From assembly GCA_964247055.1 (NCBI GenBank), contig OZ176050.1:8122001-8186000 (forward strand): a stretch of DNA of 64,000 nt, given 5' to 3'. The position numbers and the translations under genes were made by a program. This document shows positions 1 to 18,600 of this stretch, piece by piece. Every line of letters starts with the position of its first letter. Within the stretch, counting starts at the first letter, position 1. Source of the stretch: Paragordius varius. Lineage: Eukaryota > Animalia > Nematomorpha. The notes below the pieces were generated by a model, which did not search any database, was not told the origin of the DNA, and saw only the letters and a list, made by a program, of their open reading frames with translations.

Positions 1-4838
<4,838 letters not shown>

Positions 4839-5806
4839 ATTAGTTAATTTAAAATTTGACAAAATTATTATTATTATTATTCCTATGACTATTGATATTT
4901 GAAAATTAACTATTTTTACCTTTTTGACCAAATTTTTATTAACCACAGTTTGTTTATATATATATATAACTTTTTTACATGTTTTCCTTGTGAATATATT
5001 ATTAATCGCACAATTTATCTTTATTTTATTGTCCTTCCATTAGTCATTTAAATGTGATATAATATGCACACTATATTTATCTCTCGTTAGTCAACGCATT
5101 AGTCAATATTTATAGGATTGCTCACGTTTCAACGTTCGTGCCAAATTTGTTTGTCTCAATAATTTAATATAAATATTTTATTGTAAAAATTTCATTTTGT
5201 TTTCTCTACTATATTTCTTGTTTTCTCATTCCAGTGTTAAAAATAAATGTGTGTAATAATTAATCCTTAATTTATAATTATTAATTACATCTTTAAATGT
5301 TTGTTTGTACTGTAAATGTGTATTTGTTTTAGCAAAATATACACCATAAAGTCATTTATATGTACTTGAGCTAGTTTTCAAAATTATATTTGAATCTTGG
5401 GTTAATATCATATCATTTTTTTATTTTGATAAATAAAAGGTTACAAAGTTTGATGTCTAAGGTTCGGAATCAATGCCGACATATTTTCTTTTGGTTTTAC
5501 TTCAATCAAATAAAAATATCAATTTTTATTGTAAGACCTTAAAATAAAAAATCGCAAATTTAGTGCACTTTAAGCTAAATGAATTCGCTTGATGGTGCTA
5601 ATTATGTTTGTATAGCTAAACAGTGTTTATTTATTTGACTGACTTTTGAAAGTTGTCCATTTTTCAAACCCGTTAAAAAGAACTAGTTCTTGAAATGAAT
5701 GCAAAAAGCCTGGAATGATTAATGTTTTTATATAGACTTGAGTACAATAAAACCAAATTTTTCTATGTATATTGAGCATACAGGGAATTTTATGGATGGA
5801 TTAAAT

Positions 5807-6463
5807 CAATGGATCCCAACCTTTTTTTTGTTTACGCCCCACCAAATTGGGAAAAAAATTCTTGCCCCTTCCCCCCTTTTCCCAAAAAAAAACAAAGATA
5901 AAAATGCAAAATTTATATAATGTTTTAAAATTATAATCAATGAGATCCTTGTATCTGCAATTTTTAAAATATTTTTTCCATATCGGATGATCTTAATAAT
6001 TTGCTCCTGAGATTCTCATTAACCTTCAATTTTTCAGTTTAACCAAGGAGAATCCAGTTTTATATAAATACGGTGATCCAAAAGATATCTAAATACGTCA
6101 GGCAAATTGAGATAATTTTGGTAAAGGTTAGGCTCTTATATCCGAAATTTCTCCATATTTAGATTAGCATAGTGATTTTAATATTGATTCAACCCTAATG
6201 TATTGTCTCTACTTCTATCGAAATTCATCAACTGTATTAGCTTTTTAACGCTATTTTATTTTTATATATTATAATATTTAGTAAGAACCAGTAAAAAAAT
6301 AATTAAATACAATGTGCGAAATTAACAATCTAAAATATATATTTAATGTTATATAAACCAATTATCGAGGAATAGTAAAAATTAGTTTATTAGAATTTAA
6401 GGTCGTTTTTCAAAATTCTCGTCCCCACCCCCCCTCCCCCCTTTTTTCTTTTGGGAACCACTG
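5807..6463 (-). mobile_element. Internally deleted hAT (Buster/Charlie-type) element with transposase C-terminal remnant
   Basis: Termini caatggatcccaa...ttgggaaccactg; 8-bp TSD gattaaat/tattaaat; the minus strand at about 5950-6230 reads with stops PKLSQFA*RI*ISFGSPYLYKTGFSLVKLKN, resembling the hAT dimerization motif. Confidence 0.75.
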
Positions 6464-8459
6464 TATTAAATATTATAAAGAGACTTTTTCTACAAATTTC
6501 GTTTAAGATTTTTATCACCGGGGAGCTATCTAATCATGTTCGCCACGAAATTTATATTATATTAAACAATAATCATTATAAACTTTAACCAGCGCTCAAA
6601 CTGTGCGCGACTCAACGTTTTGTGGATCATGAGAATTTTAGGACCAGCACAAATAATTGAAAAAAAGGTATTCAAAATTAATTGGCGCAATAGCAAAAAC
6701 TTTAAATATCAATTATGATTGTACTACAATACTTTGAATATAATATCATTGACAGAGGCATAGTTTTACTAATCGGGCTCTGCATGTGCCTCACAATCTA
6801 CAAAACTTAACATTAATTGTATTTATATGTTTTACTGAAATTCATCCAAAATATGTCTGTCCCATCCAAATTACAACCTTGATGGCCCAATTCATTTAAT
6901 ATTTCTCCGTATAAAAACATATTTTCTTTATATATAAGCCAAATAGTTTACTTGGACCATGATTGAATTCACAAATATTGGTTGTCCACAATTTTCAGGT
7001 ACATGTATCTATTAACTAATGCTATTTTCATAGAGTAGGACCCAGTGATCATTTCCGTGGATAAATTTGTTTCACCCATAAAAGGACATTATTATAAATA
7101 GGCATAATTACTGATTTGTTGATCATTTAAAATTCTTATCTGTAATCTTTTTAATTTAATTTCATAAACTTTGGTACGTCTCTTCTATTTTAAATTTTCA
7201 TTTTATATAACCAGTTTTTTTATGTCAGTCAAAAGATATTCCTTTTCCCTTGTTGATTTTCAAACGTATTCATTTTTAAACGTTCCAAAACAAAAAGAAG
7301 TTAAACAATTTACTACCGGTTCCTGTCAGTGAACGCCAAATTGACAAGTTAAATAACTTTGTGAAGGTCATTTTATTGGGGTGTAGTAAGCGCAATAACA
7401 AAATTCCATTTATGCTTTTTCAGCCATTGCACAATGCCTTTTTAATATTTTGTTTTTTACAATTATTTGCCAGAAACATACCAATCAAATATGCTAATAT
7501 ACGGTACTTGAGCTCCAGCCCGAGTTATAAAAAAATTTTGTCCCGAAAAAGGGAAATATACAACTTAAATGGTTCATTCATTAACAAAAAAGACCAGGGA
7601 AAAGATGATTGCGCAACATTGATCTGTTTATCTTTTAATTGTTTTTCCCACAGATTTTTTCCCAAATTTCTATCAGTTGTAATATTAACTATACTCTTTT
7701 CATTTAATGTTTCACTAATTGCGTTAAAATTTCTACAAATCTCTATCTTTAATCCAAATTACAACCTTGATGGACAAATTTAAATTAACTTTTAATATTC
7801 GGTTTAAAGCCAATTTTTCTCATGATAATTCAAAAAATGCTACACTGAAAATATTGCATAATTGAATTGAAGGTTATGATTTAATATAATAAAGACGTTT
7901 AAATGATAATTTCTTCCAACGATCATGAACTTTATTTTGACTGACACTGCTTTTAACTGGAATATAAAATTGAGAGCATGCATAAACACACTAGTCGACA
8001 AATTTGGACTTTTTCGAGCACCACCACTTAAAATTTTAAATTTTGACTAATTATAGTTTTCTAAAACCGATATTTTGATACCAATCAGAATTTTGAGAAA
8101 TTACAGATTTTTCAATTTTTCAAAAACAAGAGAAAATCGTCAGATAATCAAATATAACTTTATAATAAATATTATATTATAAAATTAATATCATATAATA
8201 AACGTTTTAAACTTTATTTTTTCAATATAAATTGTCATTTAAATATCAGGGGGGTTTAAACGTTAAAATTTTGTGTTTTTAAAGCTAATTTTAAACACGT
8301 ATAAATTTCATTGTGATTAACCTTCGATTTCAGATAGGCCATATTTTTGTTAGTTATAGTTATTTTTAGCACTTATTAGGGGTTTTCTCGGTTGATTCTT
8401 ACAAAAAATTATGTTATATATACGTAGTGGAAATAATATTTTGAAAATGATTGGATGCG

Positions 8460-8810
8460 CTATAATTTGAATTCAGATGAATGTTGGGCAGCCACTTTTA
8501 TTACCTCCATGATGGATACCCTTCCATAATTTTATGAAATACATTTATGACTTGAACTTATCTAATCTTCTTATTCGATTTAATGATAAAATTTGTCTAA
8601 CTCTATTCTGGGAATTGGTAATTTGACATGTCAATTTCCCTGGATTTTGCTGAAGTTGACTACGTTATATCATCTGCAGGTCTCTCCTAATGTGCTCTAC
8701 GATCACCTCATTATTGTGTATCCTTTGCCATATCTGGCATTATTATAGGATTGCTTAGGGGATTTTTGCAGAGCTTGTGCAGCCTCCCGGATTTATAACA
8801 CCACACCATA
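8460..8810 (-). mobile_element. Highly degenerate non-LTR retrotransposon 3' remnant
   Basis: GC-richer patch; minus strand reads WQRIHNNEV..RSQLQ.., weakly resembling a LINE ORF2 C-terminus. Confidence 0.3.
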
Positions 8811-9389
8811 CATTAGCCTATTTAGATTTTTAATATTTTTGATTTTTAATACTCTTTGGCTTTTATAATTTATTTTAAACATTCTTACAGTTACGTATTA
8901 TCTTTTATTTAATACATAGAATATTTAATTAATATATTCAATAAATGATATTTATTTATTGTATATAGTCTATTTCTATATCGAATAACAACCCGCTCGA
9001 TAAGAGGTATTTCTCGTGCAAATGAGATAGTAAACCTTCAGGAGCGATTTCGGGCAGTTTATATTTTAATATAAAGATCGACGGTATTTTAGATAAAGTT
9101 TTATTATATGGACCATCAATAACATTTTCTGCAGAGTCTTAGTTTAAAAAAATGTTTTGGGGTATTGTATACTGGGCTAGGTATAATTGGATGACCTTTG
9201 CATTTTCGTTCTAAAATTATAATGAAAAACCTGGCTCTGGAATAGCGTTTGTATCGACTTGCTCGTTTAATTTAAATATATGTACACGAGGAATAATTGT
9301 TTTTTTAAATTAAATACAAAATTAAATATTAAATTTTAAAAAAATTCTATTGGCCTTTGTTTTGGCCTTATGCCATTAGGTAACAGAAA

Positions 9390-12300
9390 ATGCAAATATG
9401 GTGCAAAACCTTGTTGAGCAGTGTTATCATTTTGTTTTATCCATACGAAAACATATAGAAACAACCTTAAACAGCTCAATAATTTTCTAATCCAAAAGCT
9501 GTAATTTATTATTAATATATATATTAGCGCCGTCTTTGGCGCAGGTATGTAGTATAACTTTCGAATCGGTGCACTAGAACTATAAGGCAAACGTACGGTA
9601 CATATGGAGAGCAAACCATTTAATGGAACATAAATGATGGTTATATTTTGGATATTTATCTACTTATTTTAATTAAGAGAGAATTAAAAAGCCGATCATA
9701 GCGAATATTTAAACAATAAATGCGGACAGTTTACTGGGATCAAAACCGTGGCCGAAGACGTGGTCTTATTTTTTCAATTTTTGTCATTTTTATTTTTAAT
9801 ACAATCATAATACAATCAAAACTTTATTTATTAATAATATTTTCGATTTTCTTTTAATCATCAAAGTATATTTGATTTTTTGGAGGTTAGCTTACACGAA
9901 TGTTATGAATTATATGAAAAAATTTTTGCTACCAATTATTCGTATTTATTTAAAATTAAATACAAGTAAATTTTACAAAATATGACCAAATCATTATTAG
10001 ACCAACAATAAATAAATTGAAAATCAAAAATTTCATATATTAAAAACGGAATTATTGCCTGAACCGAGCTTTTTAAAAAAAATGTAGCATAGCGCTGCCT
10101 ATTTCTGCAACTAAATCCATGATCAATGTTTAGCATTTAGTGTGAAAATGATACAATAATATAGAATTGAATTTCACCATCAACATAAAAAATTTTCTTA
10201 TGGTCAAATTTGGTTTGACAATGTTTTGTGCTTATAATTTATGTTTATTTGAACAAAAAGCATAACTAATCAATTAAATGGCAAATTTTAAAACACTACA
10301 GTTTATTTAATAAACGACTGGTGTGACTTTGACATTATTTAGTTAGGCCTTTATACAAATATTTTTTCAGGTAAAAAATTTAAATAATTTAGATTAACCT
10401 AAGCAGCGAGAAAAACTGAATAATCATTTAACATTTTCCATGACTTAAGATGCAAATTGATTAGTTTTTGCACTGTAAACAATAAATCATAACATTAATG
10501 GTGTATTTATATTAATGAAATTTTTAATTATAATTAATAATGTACATCACATTATATCAATTATAATGATTTGAATTGTTTTATTTGGCAATTCAATTCA
10601 GATAAAAATAAGTCCAACGAAATTTGTCTCAAATTATGCCAGTGCCCCAATCTATCATTAAATATAATGATACGTTTTTTAAGCATGTTAGAGACAAGAA
10701 GAGTAATAAAATGTATATTAGATTTCTTTTTATCTTTTTTAATTTTTTCTAAGGAGTATATATACCCACACATCCAAATGTGACGTTTCTTAGAATCAAG
10801 TCACTATTATAATATATCGTTTAAACTTTGAACTAAAAATAATTTACTTAGAGATCATTTGTCTTGCCCCTGTAACAAAAAATACATAAAAAATGTCTAC
10901 CAACACTAAATTATTTAATTAGCTATTTAATAAAACGAACCTATAATACAAAGGTCGTTTTCAGTGTGAACTTTTATCCGAGATAAAAACACATTCATTA
11001 ATGGGTTATAAAACTCATCTATTTATCAATGTCAAAAAACTAAAATAATTTTCAAAACATTCATACCTCTTTTGTATAACGTCAAAGCCTTATATAAATT
11101 TGAAAGGAGGATAAAAATGTTTATAATGTCCTTTATTTATTAAGAATAAAATGCGAGTGAAAAATTTAGCTTGTGGCGTCCTAAATATCATTTATGTTTC
11201 ATCTTCCTTCATTTTTTCTCAAAAATTAATTGAAATTATATAGTAAGGTAAATAAATTTTGAAAATATGTACTAAACTTTATATTTTACAAAATATTTTC
11301 GTTTTAAGAATAAAATGTAAGAGAAAAAATACACTGTCCTTTTTACAAACGTGAACGTATAAAACGCAAAAGCGTGTTTCTGATGATATACATATGATAT
11401 AAAATTCGGACAATTTTGCCGTCTTCTTTTTTACTTTTGTCAATATTATGCTGAGTAAGATGTTCTTCCTTATTTTATATTTTTATTATTTTTACGCATG
11501 AAATATTTTGTACATGGTAATTATACATACTTAAATTTTTAGAGGCATCAAAGTGGTATCCAAAAAAATTCTTAATTTTGATTGATCTCGATAAAAAAGA
11601 AATAAATGTTGAATTCTCCAAACCACCTAGCATCTATCAATTTGATGCGCTCAAAATACAGCTATATAAAGTTTCTAGTTATAATGTTGGAAGATTCAAC
11701 CGAAGTGTTAAAAAAGAAAGTTTAGTTAGTTCGACTATTCTCAAATTAAAGGTATTTATTTTATATTTGGCATATATATATATATATAATATATTTGATA
11801 AGTAGAGATTTTAATATAAATATAGGATTTCGACAATAGAAACAAAACGACAATTGAGAAAATATTCGGTGATGTCTTGCCTGGCACTTACCATATTGTG
11901 GTATATTAGAATTATATATTGTATTTTGTTTTAAAAACAAATCATTAAGGCTATATAAATCGCCAATTTTTTATTCACTCATTGCCCGGTTAATATTGTA
12001 ATTTATACATCTCTTTAGCATAACAATTGAATGTATGTAATTGATCATAATATTAAATCATCAATTCATGTTGTTGCCTTTACATAACGAATTATAATTT
12101 ATAATAATAAAATAGATTCGTAAAGATATTTTTCAAAAAAACTCTTTAACAATTACTTTACATAAATACACCGGTCATGTAAGAAAACCAGTCTCGCCAG
12201 ACTTTGTCTATAGCAGTGGTACTCAGACCGTGGCAACGGACTGCATGCACCCCTAAAACGTTTTAAAAATCTTGAATTATTAATCAATTTTTGATGCACT

Positions 12301-12621
12301 TTTAGTGTATAAATATCTGCAAATGAGCTAAAGATCTACGAAATATTCATCGGTGTTGTATGGTTCACGACTCTTAAGATGAAAAATATTTTTTTTGTGA
12401 GTACCATTGGTCTATAGCGTTTTCTCAGCGTTAGGCTTTTATTTTGTCAGCTCTGGCTTTATTAATCCACCTATATCGTTTTAAGGCGCCCACGTTCTCG
12501 TTTTGCTTTTATATGACTGCAATCGTTTTTATAACAAATAAAATTTCGCCTTTCAATATGCCCAACCAACATAGTCTTTTTTTGTCATTCTTTCCACTAT
12601 CAATTTAACATCCATGACCTC

Positions 12622-12657
<36 letters not shown>

Positions 12658-15600
12658 CATATACGTAACTTCCTGAAAATTTTCCCAGTAACATTAAAAT
12701 GGCTTTATTCGATTGACACTGAGGTTAATCGACTTAATTGTATATCTTTCGCTTTGATATCAATATTTCCATGGCGCACCACGCTTAAAATGTTCTTTCA
12801 ATTCATTTTTTTAATTCTCAAATTATTAACGTTAGTAAACCACCCATTTGAACCAAACATTGCCCCCAAATATTGGCACCTTTTTTACCCTTCAAAGCCC
12901 AACCTTCATCAACCCTCATTTATTGATGTTCATAGGGTTGTGATTTTGACCCCCTTTTTCAAAAAAAGGGGGTCAGACCGGACCTAGGTCCGACCTAGGT
13001 CTGACCTAGGTCATACCATATGTTATTGCCAATAATAAATAACTACATACATAAATACTTGATTAAATTACATAAAAAGGTTTTTACATAAAGTATATAA
13101 TTTTTTAAAAGCATACTTTCACCAATACTGATAAAATTTATAAAATTAACGATCTTCATGGAATCATATATAAAGACCATAGAAAGTTTTAAATCACAGA
13201 AAGATAAGACTAACAATTTGGAATTTATTGAAACCTATTTATACTCTAATTGAACTATAAATGAAATAAATCCGAAAATGTTTATTTTCAACTATGTTAA
13301 GAGTTGAGGATGTAGAAAATTTCGCTAAATGTTTCTGGCTAATTTCTTCTTGAAAACAGAAATTTGTAAGTCTAAACTTAAGAAACTAAATACTTAGCTT
13401 GCATACCATCACCTTCTGTCATATACTTTATTTCATAAACTTCTTTTAGATGTTTCTTCATTCAGTTTTTATTTAAATATATAGTGTAATTGCATTTCTT
13501 GCATGTAAATTGATTTTTTTTATCGATAAATTTCCACAAGGCTGATTTCATTATGAGTATGTAAAAAAATGTATATCATCAAAATAATACATATATAAAT
13601 AATATAAGGTTTTGTTTCCCTAAAAATTGTAAAATTAATAAAATGAAAAAATAAAAAAAAATTGACCTAGGTCATTTATTTTCGTGGTCGTGACCATGGT
13701 CATGACCCAGGTCATGACCCTAAGTCATTGACTACTGGGCACAACCCTAGATGTTCACCACCAAAGATAATATATTCTGTTATGCCTCATCAGACCGCAT
13801 TCATTCAGTTTGATAACCCATTTGTTTACCGGTAATCAGATATAATGATTATGTCATCCGCATACATGAAATACCAACCTGACCGTTGATTAACATTTTT
13901 GGCTCCCTAATCACATATTATGAGTAACAACGGACTAAGCGATTTAATAGACGCCATGCTTTATGCAAAGGGTGATAGTCCTTACGTGGTAATTTTAGAG
14001 CGGCATTCATAAGTAATTTGTAGTAAATATAGCTTCGGCACATTTTTATGACGCAAATTCTACCAAATGGTTTATCTTGGAATTCTGTCATAACCTAATT
14101 TATATTAATAGAACCCATTGTAACGCTTTCTTTTTTGATTATACTTTTTAATAACCTCATAACTACATGACGGTCTATAGTTGACTTTTCTGGCATAATA
14201 CCCTTTTGATTTCCTTCCATAGCTAAATTTTCGATTATTTTTCAAACAATTTTATCGTGTGCGCCATGATGATGATTTCTATATAATTGTAAAGTTAAGC
14301 TTTTTCCATATAATTGAAATTTCTTAGGTTGTAACAATTTTATTGAAAACACGCTCCGTGAAATACATTCCTGCGTTTTCAAACACTTTCAACAATTTTT
14401 GCCCTTCAATCTTACAGTTCTAATTTTTGGCAAAATTGGATTCTACCTCACTATATGTGATTGCCTTTATTGGTCTATCAAAATTTCGTATGTCGGATAA
14501 AAGTATCTGCATACTCCTTCCTCTCACACATAATATTCTTTCCATCTTTAATATTTCCGCCAGCACGTTCCCATACGTTTTATGGTAGTTTTTATACTTT
14601 ATTAACCAGTGTCGCCTATTTAACTCATCTTATAAATTTACGTTTTTTTTCTTAACCTGATCAACTAAATTTTTTGTATTCCGCGTTTAAACTTCACTTA
14701 GCTCTATCATTATCTTCCTACTATATGTACTTTTGTTAAAGGCTTCTTTCCTGTGATTTTATTATCATCCGTTCATATCATAAAACCATGACTCTCTCTC
14801 TATGTTTGAGTTTTACCACCTACCTATGTATCCAAGTTTTAAAAATGTTGGTTAAACCATTTATTTAAAATGCTGGTAAAGTTAGCCAATTCATTTAAAA
14901 TGCCGGTATATTCAGCTAATCTATTAAAAATTCTGGGATACAAGTTTTTGTGAAAAAAGTGTTTAATTTAAGTATACAGAGAGGCATGGTTGTGTGATGA
15001 ACGGATGATAAAAAACGAGAAAGAGGTTTACAGTAATTGCCAGGTCTTTTATACGTAAGAATACAGTTTTTCTTTAAAAAATATCCATTTTCCTTTACGA
15101 TTTATCTTTTTTGCTGCAACGAGGCGTCAAATGTTTTAATAATGGTCCGAATACTAAAATTAGTTTTTAAAAAATAAGGATAATTTTTATTATTAATTTA
15201 TTTTGTATAGCTATTTCCAGAGCCGTACAATGATAAAGACGAATGTATTTGTCAGATTGAATACCTACAATGTTCGTGTCTAATGAACCAAAGTATCGAT
15301 TTCGACATACCAGACAGTATGATATTAAGGAATTTAGTTAATTTTTTAACCTCTACTGTAAAAACTTGAATATATATAAAATTTTCAATAATGAAGAATA
15401 CATATTTAACAATTAGGATTCTTTTTAAAAAAATCTTTAAATAAATTTATATTTCATAAAATTTTATGTAAATATTGGCAGCTCCTAACGATGCCGCTAT
15501 TTGGGGAAAATATCAACATATTCAAATCTCATTTCTTCCATCTCGTATTTCATCATTATCATCAAATATCTCATCTTCCTTTAATCAATCATTGGATTAC

Positions 15601-18600
15601 CATGTTTCAGCGTATAGAATTTTAGCTAAAATACTAATTTCCACATATCGAGGATGGAACGTTTTTAACCAATTTCAATTTACCCTAAATCTAATTAGTA
15701 ATAGGCATTTATCGAATAACACAAAAGGCACTATAAATGTGAATAGGGAGGCACAATATATTTTACCTCTAAATGTTGGCCACCAAAATAAAAAATATTT
15801 AAATAACTATAACGGAGCTAACTATTATACTAACCATTCCTTAAAAATGGATGGTCAAATCGTTATACGAGATGCCATATATTACAGGCATTATAAGCGC
15901 TATTACAATTCCAATCTTAGGAATTGGATTCATGAAATCTCACCTCCGAGAAATATGAAACGCTCTCAGAAAGCTTTAGTATATAGCACCCATATGCTTG
16001 ATAAAAAATCTACATTTAAACGGCAAATGAATTATACGAAGGAATCTTTACAGAACGATACCGATAATATGATGGAATATCGAATTGATTATTTCGATAA
16101 AAATTCTGAATATAATAATTTACATAAAAACATCCACAACATGATAATGGTAGACCAACAAACAATTATTCGGGTATATGGTTTATTTTATCGATAAAAT
16201 AAAAACCGTCAATTTTGACCATTTGACTATTAAGTTAGTTTTTTTCATGATATATTTAGAAAGTGTTTTGAAATGCAAATTTTTATTTGTAACAATTTAT
16301 TATTAAAATCTAATGACAAAGATTTTCCCAAAATATTAGGACCATTTAGGTTTTCAAAATTATTTTAAATGGGTATTCTATTTTATAGCATACGATTTTA
16401 ACAACTATCATAACAAATATTACCATTAAAAAATAATATTTAATGATTATAAATACGGAAATTTGACCACGAGCTCACAAAAAATACAAGCAAAAAATAT
16501 AATAGCTATGTATTCAGCTATGAATACAACTGCAAATACTCCTGAATATATTTCTACATTAAATCCGGATACTAACTCTGATTCTCCTTCTATTAAGTCA
16601 TAAGGGGTTCGATTTGTCTCTGCTAAAGCACACATTAACAGTAAAGCTATTAGGGGTACCAATAAATAATATATAAAATTTACTAGTGTAAAAATTTTAT
16701 AAGGGAATAAAAAAGTCACTAAGATTTTATTTATTGATATTTTATAGGATAAACATACGCAAGAATTAGAATGTACATTTAATGATATACCGCCCGGCAA
16801 ATACATGATCGAAGTTAAACCGTTGGAACCGAGCGAACATTTTTGCCTTTGTCGACTTAATTATTCTGGAAAATGTGTTGATTGTCATTCCTCTCACTCC
16901 AAAATGTTGGGTAAGTTTTAACAACCTTGCAATCATTTAAATAATATTTTCATAAAGTTATTAGTTTTTTTTGAATCTTTTACAATATCGATATATTTCT
17001 TTTCATTTGGGAAAATATAACTTTAAATAATCCAAATGTTCATAAACGAAATTATTTGTGTTAAATCTTAAATATAACATCTGTTAAAATGCAAAATTTA
17101 TGTAAAAAAAATATTAGGCTAAACCGTAAGTTAGCACACATGTTTACGTGCTAGACCTAATAATATTAATTATAAATATATACTTTTCAAACAATCTAAT
17201 TATATAATAATTTGATGCAAACATCACCAAAATTAAGAATTTTTTAATGAATTATTGTACGAAACCTCTCTTACTTTATCATATAAAACATATAAATTTA
17301 AGATAAATATTATCTATAATTAAAGTTTTTTTTCAATCACCTCGATTTTATTTACTATTTAGAATTGGCAAGTTTTATAAGTCAAGACTCATTAATTCGA
17401 AAGTATGGGAATAATTATAAACTCTTATTTGATACCCAATCAAATGACCTCAAAAATAATAATAACACAGCTAATTCTGCACGGCATTTTAAATTTAACC
17501 CAATCTTGTTTGGATCTGTATTATCCATTTTCGTTACTCTCCTATTTCTTATGTGTTTCATAATAATCATTGTCCGTATAACTTCAAAACGTGGTCGACA
17601 TAAAAAATTATCCTGGAAACTAAAAGTTAATCATCAGCTTTTACCAACAAATAATAACCCGATGGATGACACAATCATATTTTCTCAGTTACCCCAAAAT
17701 AAATTTGCAAAGCCCACAACCGCATTAACTATGGAAACGGAATTTCGTTTTTTCAACTTTGGTTTAAGGTTTATCGAATGGATGCCTAAAAATTATTGGC
17801 TGAAAAAAATATTCAAAGGTACGTATGAATTAAATACAGAAAATAATGGATTATATTTGAGATACTATCGGGTAACTTTATTAAATATTAGTGAATTTTA
17901 TTGTATGAAGCTCTTAAATTAATTTTATTTGTTTTTATGTTTAAAAGGTTAGTTTAAATTTTTGTTTACATATAATTTTTTTGCAATCTTTCAATCATTA
18001 TACAAAATCAGGGTTTTGGGCAAAGGTAATTGCGATTACATACACAGCGTTAAATATAATAATTTTATCTTTTATATATAAACTAAATTTTGATTATGCT
18101 TATACATTAATTATCAACAGTTCAAGTTGGTCCTCGAACAAGGTGACGCATGTCAAAAAATTTAAATATAAAGATTTGTTATTGAATTGCCCTTGTGAAA
18201 TTGTATACTTGTTCCAAATACTTAATAAAACCTGGCATAAATTATATAGTATCAAATGCATAACTGGCTTGTAAACTATGATTGTCCTAAGTGTATAATA
18301 TGCCTAGTTAATCGAAGTTTTAATTATCAGCTGTTCCGCTGCATTTAAATTATCTAAATTTTTTGGATTTCAAAGATATTATAATCGTCCTGAAAAATTA
18401 GTTTTTTTATAGATAAAACTAAAAAAATTTAACACAGACAATCCAAAATTTATAGGTTTGTATAGGAAACAATCAATAGATCCAATATATCAAATTAATC
18501 CTGACTCGTTTACCGAATTTGAATCGCAACCACTTATTCACAATAAAAAGTTTACAGATCGGCTACAGAAGGCTTTGAATTTAATATCTCCAAGTATTTT

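Larger units (their letters stand above)
12420..14780 (-). mobile_element. Degenerate RTE-clade LINE remnant in the IL-17R intron, interrupted by a hAT at 12933-13749
   Basis: Minus-strand fragments [27 protein letters not shown]; boundaries approximate. Confidence 0.7.

Noticed and set aside
6500-8250. 140-aa ORF at 7361-7783 and a 22-bp direct repeat (atccaaattacaaccttgatgg at about 6865 and 7752)
   Set aside because: No recognisable motifs or splice-consistent structure. Probably decayed TE sequence that I cannot classify.
9501-9527. A further 27-nt intron (gtaatttattattaatatatatattag)
   Set aside because: The upstream exon it implies has no start codon or recognisable protein. A longer intron using the same acceptor gives a plausible signal peptide. 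Unresolved, so not counted.
16500-16700. Nematomorph-style coding palindromes in the nad1 fragment
   Set aside because: Stems are only 8-10 bp in AT-rich DNA, not distinguishable from chance and not usable for taxonomic assignment.
16447-16806. 119-aa ORF as a functional nuclear nad1 gene overlapping an IL-17R exon antisense
   Set aside because: Only the middle of ND1 is present. The first 20 or so codons are simply the antisense of the IL-17R exon, and there is no targeting peptide.
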